Positions 53,773-64,000 of a stretch of DNA of 64,000 nt are shown here, in pieces. This DNA is from the human T2T-CHM13v2.0 reference genome, Homo sapiens. The translations under genes were made by a program, and so were the position numbers. The number at the start of each line of letters is the position of its first letter. The first letter of the stretch is position 1. The notes under the pieces are model-generated. The model was given only the letters and a program-made list of their open reading frames with translations, was not told the origin of the DNA and ran no database searches. The stretch lies in assembly GCF_009914755.1 (NCBI RefSeq), contig NC_060926.1; one strand, written 5' to 3'.

Positions 53773-55345
53773 GTAATGTAGCAGCTGAGAGGGGTTTTGG
53801 TGATCACGGGGCTGAGGAAACAATGAAGTCCAGCATCTGCCAAGGGTGGAAGTCCCTCATAAGTATTTGAGGCTTTTAGCTGAGACCCTTAAAAGCTACA
53901 CTGAAGGAATGAGAACAAACTGGAAATAGACCAACTCTCACAGAGATTAAAACTCCATTTAAATCATCTCAATTTTGGGTTAAAGAAAGATCTGTTCCTA
54001 CTCTAATTGTCTGCCACAAGCAAAAGGGAGTCCACTTTGGAGGAATATAAAATCATTCACAGCCTTAAGGTGATGGTTGGTGTTTAAATAAACAGAACAA
54101 AAACAAAACTAGGCAAACAATATACAGAAACTAACCAAGAGGATAAAAGTTTATAGAAATTCACACATAAAAAACCCTCATATTCTAGTTATCAAACACA
54201 AGTTACTGTGTCCAAAAAATTAACAAAATGGAGAATTTTAGCACAGTGTGAAAATGATGAAATAGTGTCACATGGAAATTTCAAAATTGAAAAATATTGT
54301 AGCTAATGTTAAGAAACTAATAGATGGGTTTATCAGCAGATTAGGCACAATTTAAATGTTTAAAAACAGTAGACTGGGTTGGGTGTGGTGCGTCACACCT
54401 GTAATCCCAGCTACTTAGGAGGCTGAGGTGGGAGGATTGTTTGAGCCCGGCCTATGATTGCGCCACTACACTCCAGAACCTGGGAAACAGAGCAAGAAAA
54501 AAATGTAGACTGAAACATAGAAATAAAATATAGAAAAGAGCGTAAAAGATTTATAGGGTATTTTGTAAAGGCCTAATGTTTGTGTCATTGAAGTTCATAA
54601 GGCTAGGAGAGAGAGAATGGGTGAAAAGCAATATTTGATGAGCCATTGCTAAGATTTTTCTAATACTTATAAGACATCAAGCTACAAGATCTAAGAACTG
54701 CTTCAAACCCAAAGCAGGATAAATACAAGACTCCCAAGCCTAAGCGCATCTACAACAGTAAAACTGTTGAAGGCAAGCAAGAGATCTTAAAAACAATAGA
54801 AAAAAATGAGCTTCAGAAGAAGTAAGAATATCATACAGAAACAATGGAAGCCAGAAGACTATAATTGACAGCTTTAACATGCTGGGGGGAAAAATCACTG
54901 CCAACTTAGAGTTCTATACCCAGTGCAAATATTCTCAAAAAGCAACTAAAGTAAACATAATTTCAGGCAAACCAAAACAGAGAGTTTTTTTTTTTTTTTT
55001 TTTACCAGTAGACCTACACTGAGATAAAGAATGACAAATCTTTTTCAAATAAAAGGAACATGATCCCAGATAGGAGGATGGAAATGCAGGAAGAAGTAAA
55101 GAACAATGGAAAGAGTAAATATGTGGGCAAATCTAAGTGAATATGTCCTGTATGAAACAAGTAAAACAATATTTTGCTGGGCTTAAATTATATTTAAAGT
55201 ATGTCAGTAAAAGTCCAAAAGGAGGAAGGGGTAGATGGAACCAAAATGTCTTCAAATTGTCCGAGATGTTGTACATCTATTAATTTACATTAAACATTAA
55301 TAAGTTAAATATGTCATAATCTGTAGGGTAAACATTTAAAGAGCA
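53773..55345 (+). mobile_element. Old L1ME-type 5'/ORF1 region (right part)
   Basis: atagatgggtttatcagcagattaggcaca...gaaacaatggaagccagaagac...ccaacttagagttctatacccagtg. Confidence 0.7.
54377..54504 (+). mobile_element. Alu monomer (FAM/FRAM-like, internally deleted)
   Basis: cacctgtaatcccagctacttaggaggctgagg...gcgccactacactccag; TSD gtagactg at 54369-54376 and 54505-54512. Confidence 0.85.
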
Positions 55346-55362
55346 GTGAATAGAGGGGAAAA

Positions 55363-55790
55363 TTGTTGTTTTGCTTTGGGTTTGCCCAGAAGCAGGCCAT
55401 GAGACAAGGGTTTAAATGTAAGTAGTTTTTCTGAGAGATGACCCCAGTAATACCAGTAGAGGGATGGGGCAGCAAGACATGGGTAGGAGGGAAGCCAATG
55501 AAGAGCACCTTATCAAGAAACATACCTATGGGAGCAACAAGAGCTTTCTACTACGGAACATTGGAAGCACATTAGACTCATCTCACCCAAGGGGCAATCC
55601 TATCATTAATTATTCCAGGGTTGAAAATTTCCTGGCACTTCTGTCCTGCTTAGTATATAAGCACAGAGGACTTCAGTGGTGAAAGATCCTTCAAGTATAG
55701 AATCATAAATGTGGGCAGTTGGAAGTTGGGCTACAGTACAAGGAAATTGCAAACTCCAAGAGGATATAGATGGAACAGACTCCAAGAGGA
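55363..55790 (-). mobile_element. ERVL LTR (LTR16-like)
   Basis: gggtttgcccagaagcaggccatgagacaaggg...aagtagttttt. Confidence 0.6.
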
Positions 55791-55819
55791 TATGAATATA
55801 ACAGATGCTGCAATACCCA

Positions 55820-56075
55820 GTAAAATGTGTACATGTATGTGCCAAAGACATATGGAAGAGGACATGAGTACAATGGCCCCAAACTAGAAATAGCCCAGAT
55901 TTCCCAATAGTAGAATGAATAAATGTTAATGCATTCATACAATGGCATATTATATAGCAATGAAAGCAAACTATAGCTATAAACAAGAATATGCATGGAT
56001 TTCACAAACATAATGGTAAGTGAAAGAAGCCATATGTTACAGATGAATACTGAAGATTCCATATATAAATAAACT
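55820..56075 (+). mobile_element. L1ME 3' region fragment
   Basis: ccccaaactagaaatagccc...gcatggatttcacaaacataatg...gaaagaagcca. Confidence 0.65.
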
Positions 56076-56345
56076 CCAGAAATCTACAGGATATGTGGGG
56101 AATCGGGAAGAAGCTGGTCTGTAGGAACCATGTTAGATATTATTGGGAATATCAAGCTCAATTAGTAGGTTGAGACTAGTTATGGGAAGCTGAGGAATTT
56201 GTCCTTGACATTACAGGTAACAAAAATTCATGTTTACATGTGAAACTCCAGGCTCTGTTCCAATTGCCATCTCTCACTCTTCACATATAACCCTATACTT
56301 TAGACAGTAGAGATCACATATACTTTACGAACCTGATAAAATGTG

Positions 56346-56873
56346 TGTATTAGTCAGAGTTCTTTAGGGGAACAGAATTAATAAGATAAATATTTATAAG
56401 TAGGGGCATTTATTAAGGAGTATTGACTCACAGGATCACAAGGTGAAGTCCCACAATAGGCTGTCTGCAAGCTGAGGAGAAAGGAAGCCGGTCCGAGTCC
56501 CAAAACCTCAAAAGTAGGGAAGCTGACAGTGCAGCCTTCAATCTGTGGCCAAAGGCCCAAGAGACCCTGGCAAACCACTGGTGTAAGCCTGAGAGCCCCA
56601 AAGCTGAAGAACTTGGAGTCTGAGTTCAAGGGCAGGAAGCATCCAGCACGAGAGAAAGATGAAGAGCAGAAGACTCAGCAAGTCTGCTCATTCAACTTTC
56701 TTTTGCCTGCTTTATTCTAGCCACACTGGCAGCTGATTGAGGGTGGGTCTGTCTCTCCCAATCCACTCACTCAAATGTTAAACTCCTTTGGCAACACCCT
56801 CACAGACACACCTAGGAACAATACTTTGCATCCTTCAATCCAATCAAGTTGACACTCAATATTAATCATCACA
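56346..56873 (-). mobile_element. MLT2B-type (HERVL) solo LTR
   Basis: tgtattagtcagagttct...caagttgacactcaatattaatcatcaca; TSD atgtg/atgta. Confidence 0.92.
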
Positions 56874-58626
56874 ATGTATAACACAGGTAGGAACTTAATG
56901 GATTGTGATGAAATTAAAGCTAGCAATGATGGGGAACTTTACTCATAATCAAAATGTGGACAATATTACATACATACATCTGGCCATGGTGAAAATCATG
57001 TATTTGGCAATTTCCAACTTCTATATTAAAGGTACTAAACTATGTACCAGGATGACTTCAGCTATGTGAGCATGTCTGACCCAAAGTAGAAACTCAGTAT
57101 CTGTGGTTGATTTATAAGAGGCAGTGAGCAGAGAGGCAGGTTTAAAGTAACTTAGTCTAATTTTTGGAGGCAAATGTTTTGAATACAAATATGAACAAAT
57201 TTTAATAACATTGTGTGTTTAGGGGGCAAGGCAACAGATATTTAAGGGGGTGCCATTGTTGTGGCAGACAGAAGCTTTTCATGAAGAGAGCGTTATTCTG
57301 ATCTGTCTGTCACTTCATCTTTTTTTTTCTGTCTAACACAAAAGGCAAGTGAAAATTAAAATGGAAACCTCTGGAGGGGGCAGGTAATGAGTATTCTAAT
57401 TATTAAAGATGCCTTTCAAGACTTCAGATAACACATAGGGTTGAAACTGTCTCTCTTCAAATCCCATTAACAACAAAACAGATATGCCTGAGAATGTTAT
57501 GAGGGTGTTTCATGTCCAGCCTTCTCTGTCAGCCACAACCCAAACAAAACAGAAAGTGAAGTGTCTCTTTGGTTAGATTATGACTTGTTTTTGGAAATTA
57601 AGTTTCTTACTGTTAAGATGAGACAATAGATATCCTCTTAGCAATGCACATTTTCCTGTGAGGCACTGTCTAGCCAATGATTATCTGAAGGCAGCCTTCT
57701 TCCTTTATATATGGAAGGCAGGACAGATGGTGTGATTGATGCAACCAGATATATTCTGGAGTTGGGCAAGTGAAAGATTTCTCCAATTTCCAAAGGGTCA
57801 TGCAGTGCAGATATGATTTTTTTAATAATAATAGAAATCCATACAAATTTAATGGTGATTACTTGTTTATTGACTGTTCTTGTTGCAAGAACAGTTTACC
57901 TCCTCATGAACAAAATACTGCTTTCAAATTCCAATCCCTTCAGCTAACAGTGCCAGCAGAAAGGACTAGATTCAATTGACTGTGACAACTAGCTCCATGT
58001 TTTAGAACATTGCTTTAAAACCCAACGCCAGGTCTGCATAGCGTTTGATTTTGCAAAAGCCAGTGCCCACAGTTGGTTGCAGTCAGCAGCTAGAGCAGGG
58101 AGGGCTACCAATCCCTACTGCCTGGTTTCCTGACCTGCCCAACCCTTGCCTTCCTGGCTGGATACCACATTCACCCCTTGGGGCTTCTGATAATGTCTGT
58201 GCTGACGTGCAGACAAGCTCCGTTAGAGAGCACAACACAAACACATGGGCAGTGCTAGAAAGCTGCCTGTTGGGTGTAACAAAGGAGCCCTCAGCACAGT
58301 ACCAGGATATGGAAAGCAAGCATGGAATTATTCTATGCTCGGGCTTAAGAACTTTGCAGACTTTCTATATGGAGCTCAAAGTGCTGGGTGGTGACAAGCT
58401 TCTCTTTGCTCCAGCGGTAAAAATACTAGCTAGCTTGTCTTTCTCAGACAAAACATGACTAATGTTGAACAAAATTTTTGATTTTCCTTCTTACTCTTCT
58501 ATTTTGCTTTGGCCCTTAAGTGGTAGCCTACTGTCTGGGTTCCCAAGCAACATGAGTTTGCAGTATGTGAGTGTATATATATGCAAAAAATAAATGGATC
58601 AATTTTAAAAGCTCCTTCTTGAACTT

Positions 58627-58788
58627 CTCTGCATTGATTAATTGATTTTCTTTCCTTAAGAAAGTTGTATTCTCCATTATGGCCCTACCATGCAATGCCA
58701 GCTCCAGCTCTGCATTGATTAATTGATTTTCTTTCCTTAAGAAAGTTGTATTCTCCATTATGGCCCTACCATGCAATGCCAGCTCCAG
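58627..58788. repeat. Perfect 81-bp tandem duplication
   Basis: 58627-58707 is identical to 58708-58788. Confidence 0.97.
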
Positions 58789-59444
58789 GAAAAAACAACT
58801 CTAATTTGAGGAATTGCACTTGTGTCTTTAGAGACCTCTGAGGATCTTCCCTGGATGCTGGTACCTTGGCTAGCACGCAGAGCAGTGGAGAGCTGCTGAA
58901 GGATCCTCTCTCGTGGCTTCACTTGTTTTCTCTGGAAGCAGACAAGGCGTGACGGAGAGAGGAACTCTTCTTTGTCAGCCCGGTTAGAGCACTGATTGTA
59001 TGGTAATTATAGAACTCAAAGGGAGCCCATGAAAGCTGGATCCGCACTTCCAAGTTTTCTGTTTCCAGATTTTTATAACTCAACCATAAATACTCACTAG
59101 CAGGAAGAAATGAAACACATAATATCTAAAAGGAAATGATTTTTTTTTCAATTTTCTTTCTGTAGGAAAGGAGAGTTGTGTAGGTCCCTGCTCTTTTATG
59201 AGCTTTTCCAATAATAATGGCAATGATAATAATGATAAATTCTTCTCTTCCTAAGAGTTTTAAGTTGAGTATTTTTGCTTTCTTGAATCCATAACATTAA
59301 TATAAATAATCTCAAAATTAATTATTTGAATATTCTTTTGTTCCTTCAGTTCAATTTGTGGCTTAGCTGAGAAGAAAATCCAATAAACCTTCTACATAAT
59401 TGAAATTTTAAAATTCTGTTCCGATTCTCCTATCTGATCATTTC

Positions 59445-60540
59445 TCTATCCAGTTGTCAAACACTTATACAGTGGCTTCTTCCCATTTGCCAATCACTTT
59501 GCTAGACAGTAAGGACCAGCATGGATAAGGCAGCATCTTGACCCTCGAGAGTCACAGATAATCATAACACACTGTGGTTCAAACAATAATAGAAGTGGTG
59601 ACTTAGCAACATGGCGTTATGGAGAACAGAGGCTTAGTCTAGAGTGGGAGGTAGACTGGTCTCAGGGAAGACCTGCTGTAGGAAGTGACCCCTTAGCTAA
59701 GTTTTAAAGACTAGAACTGAGCAATGTAGAGTGGTGTCAGGCATTCCAGATACAGAGGATTCAAGGCATAGAAAAATTGTAAACAGGTTAGTTAGTAGTG
59801 CTGAGAGGCAGAGGTAGGTGAAAGGTAAGAGTGAAGTGACTGTTAGATGGTAGATCCTGGAGGATCTTTTAAACTAGACTAGAGGCTGGGCTACTGTTGG
59901 GAAGCTATTACTGACATCCAAGTTAAAGTTAACAAAGGACTGAGCTAGGGAAGTGTTAATTATATTGACAAGCAAGGAAGATGAGAATTTGAAACATTGA
60001 AGAGTTGGGAAAAATTTAGGATGCCTCTGAGATTTCTACCCTGGACTTTGGCATGGATGTTGTTTTGCATGTAGAGGGTAAGATGCTGATGTACACAGTT
60101 TGGGCTTGGCTGGTTTGAGGTGCCTGTGGATATCTAGGTCGGCATACCCTACAGAGAGTTGGATTTGTGTCTGAGGCTTAGGAGAGAAGATTTGGCCTGA
60201 AGATAAGAAGTAGGGAGTCATGAATATCTAGGTGGTGGTTAAAACCACAAGCGCGGACATATTAGATTATCCAGGGGAGAGAGACAAGAGGAGGAGAGCA
60301 GTATACTGCATATAGAACAATGAGGAAGACCATCTTTCAAAGGGAGGATGGAGAAAAAGAATGAGTAAAGAAGATAGAGTAGGAATCATCAAGGAATTAT
60401 GAAGAGAACCAGGTAAGCACATTGTTGTGGAAGCCAAAAGAGCAGATTTCATATAATGAGGGAGCAACCAATAAGTGCTGCAGAGAGGCCTAAGGTAATA
60501 AAACCTGAAATGTGTCCAATAGATTTGACCCATCTTAGCA
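59445..60540 (-). mobile_element. L2 (long antisense fragment)
   Basis: tcagggaagacctgctg...tttgaggtgcctgtggatatctagg...gaagccaaaagagc. Confidence 0.7.
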
Positions 60541-61672
60541 TTCTAAGCCCTTTCGATGTGAACCTCACTACCCCACGATACATGCACATGATGTGTTAAC
60601 TGTTATCTTATCTGCTACACCCTCTGGGGCTGAGATTAAGCTCTCCACAAGGTTGCAGCCCTAGCTGGTGTGTGTGCCTGTTTCCCTACATGGTTTCCCA
60701 TTAGATCAGGGTTGACAGTGCTCTATGGAGGTGGTGTAACAATTCCAGATGTCACAATTAAAAACACACCATTCCATCAGCCATGTAGCATCTCCCTTAT
60801 CCTATACCAAGATGATCCAGAATTAGAGGTTCTCAGTATTTTATGTACACTTAAAGATTACTCGTATCAAGCTTTCATGATGCAGGGTCATCTTTACTAT
60901 GCATGCAGAGTTGCTGTGTTAGATGGGGATGTTTAACACTACCCTAGATTGCTCCAAGCTGTGGTCTCATATTAAAATAGCTACACTGGCCTTCTTTTTT
61001 AAAATTGTAATTTTATGGTTTCCCATTACTAGTGTGGTGGGGGCTGTCCAAGGTCTGCCTCCAACAGCTTCCAATCTTCTCCTGACTTCAAGGCTTCACA
61101 TATGTAATGGGCATAAAAGGCATGGCAGAAATATCCCTTTTAAGTGGCTATTTTCTCATTTTAAAAGTGACTTAACAAGACAGGGATAATCTGAAAAAAG
61201 CAGATAGTTCCCTAAGTAAGAGATGATTTGCTCATATATGCAATGTTTGGGATATCTTTCATATTTATTAATTTTGAGAATATACTGTTAAGATGGCTCA
61301 TTTGTGTTGCCAAATGCCCATTGAATTGCCACCTCTCCACGTTGTTTGCGTGCAGATATTGATAATGCATCACAGATTGATGACTTCGTCCCAATCCAGT
61401 CTCAGGGTCTGTTTACAGAGCACTCCTGTCGTCACTGTGAATTAACCAGACATCATGTGAGATAAAAGCTATTTGCTGATTAGAAACTATAGATATTATA
61501 TAAAGGCAAAGACATTTATTTTCTAGACTGTTTGTAATTAAACTGAAGAAACAAAATATATCTGAGTAATTGAAAGGCATTATTCAAATGTGTCCTTTCT
61601 ATAGGAGGAGAATCAGTCACTGCACTTGGTTCTTTAACCTGATAGTCAAGTATTATCTGAAGCATTGGGGTT

Positions 61673-62204
61673 TACATTATTCAAGGTTCTCTAGCGAAAT
61701 AAAACCAAACCAGTCAATTCTCCAGAGAAACAGAATACACACATGCACACACACACATGCATCCCACATATTTATTCTGAGGAATTGGTTTATTGGCCTA
61801 CACAACTATGGAGGCTGCGAAGTTGCACAATCTGTTATCAGCAAGCTGGAGACCCTGGGAAGCTGGTAGGGTAGTGAGGTTCACGTCGAAAGGGCTGAGA
61901 ATTCAAAGAGGTGATAATGTAAATCCTAGTCTTGGGGTCAGGGAAGTTGAAATGAGATATTCCAGCTCAAGCAGTGAGGCAGGATAAAAGAGACAAATTC
62001 CTACTTCCTCTGCCTTTTGTTCTATTTAGGCTTTCAACAGATTGAATGATGCTCAACAAAACTGGAGAGGGCAATCTACTTCACTGAGTTTACCAATTCA
62101 AATGCTAACCTCCTGCAGGAATATGCTCACAAAGGCAACCAAATACAACATTTCATCTGGGCACCCAGTGACCCATTCATGTTGACACATCAATTAATTA
62201 CCAC
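61673..62204 (-). mobile_element. MLT2 (C/D-like) LTR
   Basis: ttctccagagaaacagaa...gaggaattgg...gcaagctggagaccc...gttgacacatcaattaattaccac. Confidence 0.8.
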
Positions 62205-62269
62205 CAGTAATTAAGAGCTCCTGTAACCTTGGGAGATTTGTTGTATCAGGGACCAAGCAGCCCCTAAAG

Positions 62270-62462
62270 CAGTGGCTATCAACATTGAGATGTATAAGGA
62301 TTACCTGAAGAACTTATTTAAAATGCATACTCCTTGGGCCTTATACCAAGATTCCCATTAAATAAATATGGATTTGGGCTCAGGAATACAGATTTTTATA
62401 ATAAACCTGTTGATTCTGGTGTAGATGATCTGAGGATCCTACTTCAAAAAAATACTCTGGGG
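62270..62462. mobile_element. MER5-type MITE
   Basis: cagtggctatcaac...aacttattaaaatgca...tgattctg. Confidence 0.6.
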
Positions 62463-62479
62463 AGTGGTCTTCGAAGTAG

Positions 62480-62840
<361 letters not shown>

Positions 62841-63414
62841 AGTATGGGAAAATTTTAGAACTTTTATTTATATTTATTTTAACAAATGAAAGTTCTTAAG
62901 CTTTGTTGTTGATTGGAACTGGTGCACACACTGAACCTGTATGGTAATGTTCTGGACAAATCCTGCAGAATCCTGAGGAGTTGAGTGGGAGTGGGAGTTG
63001 ACTTGAGTTCAACTTACTGTGAAGTAGTTAGGTGTGTGTTGCCTGGGTAAATAGATTTAAGGGCCAATGATCTTGTTTAACTGAACTACCTCTCCCAAAA
63101 TGGGTAAGAATCTTAAACAAATTATTTCCAAGAATATGTGATAATGCCATGATAATGCCAAAAGAATATCCACAAAGGAGCAAAAGAAAATGGCCATGCT
63201 GGCACTTGTCCTACTCATTCAAAGCTCCTGATCACCTTCATTAAGTGGTAGGAAACAATGACAATCTAATCAGATATGATTAGTAAGAAGACTATTTGAA
63301 ATATGGATTTACAGCCGCTATCATTAATGATTAACCTCTCCCAAAGTGCACATCATGCTTTGAAAAATTAACTAATATCAGCATGGCAGAAGAGCAATTA
63401 TAGAGGCAGGAGAC

Positions 63415-63514
63415 TGTAATGCAGAGTTAGGACTTAGTTGCTACAGCCAGACTACTGGGTTTGAATCCAAGCTCTGGTGCTACCAGCTGTGTGACCTTGT
63501 GTGAGTTACTTATC
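63415..63514 (+). mobile_element. MIR 5' part
   Basis: gccagactactgggtttgaatcc...cagctgtgtgacctt. Confidence 0.75.
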
Positions 63515-63970
63515 TGTACTGCGTTCATCTGTTCTTGCTGCCATTTCACAATTACTGTAAGACTGGGTAATCTATAACAACAGAAAGTTATTAAGTTACA
63601 GTTCTGGAGGCTTGAAAGTCCAGGATCAAGCAGAGCCCTCATGACCTAATCACCTCCTAAAGGCCACACCTCCTAATACTATTACATTGGGGATTAAGTT
63701 TCAAATGAATTTTGGAGGGACACAAACGTGAAAGCCATAGCATTCTTCTCTGGATCCCTAACATTCATGTTCTTCCCAGTTACAAAATATAATCATTCTA
63801 TCCCAATAGCCCCCAAAGTCCTAATTCATTCCAGCATCAACTTTAATGTGTAAGTCCAAAGTCTCATCTGAACCAGATATGAATGGGACTCAAAGCACAA
63901 TTAATTCTAAGGCAAATTGTTACTCTAGCCATAAGCCTTTGAAAGGAAACAAGTTATGTGCTCTCAAAAT
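63515..63970 (-). mobile_element. MLT1A-type LTR (63515-63742) plus adjoining internal sequence
   Basis: cagttctggaggc...ccctcatgacctaatcacctcc...gacacaaac...ccatagca, then tcccaatagcccccaaagtc...ccaaagtctcatctga. Confidence 0.8.
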
Positions 63971-64000
63971 GCAGCAAACCAACATGGCACATGTATACCT
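63971..64000 (+). mobile_element. Start of an L1PA 3'-end fragment (cut by window end)
   Basis: gcagcaaaccaacatggcacatgtatacct. Confidence 0.8.

Overview
This is eukaryotic, primate (human-like) non-coding DNA, intergenic or deep intronic. I find no credible host protein-coding exon, tRNA, rRNA or CRISPR array. The ORF track consists of chance ORFs plus Alu and broken L1 ORF1/ORF2 fragments. Much of the window is interspersed repeats: six full-length Alus and one monomer, several L1s (including a near full-length L1PB-type element), L2/MIR relics, MaLR/ERVL/ERV1 LTRs, and MER5/MER20/MADE1 DNA transposons. I do not see a new multi-gene biological system. The best observations are: (1) a 16-bp TSD pair showing that 43915-53756 is one L1PA insertion with a ~0.57-kb 3' transduction, which hosts a full L1PB that itself hosts an Alu; (2) a possible Penelope-like GIY-YIG endonuclease relic at ~23.7-24.05 kb; (3) a twin-priming L1 inversion with visible primer microhomology; (4) short templated duplications and young perfect tandem duplications; (5) a palindromic, bidirectional splice-acceptor hairpin at 29108-29139. 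Subfamily names come from recalled consensus features, not from a RepeatMasker run. Boundaries of old repeats (L2, MIR, L1M) are approximate.
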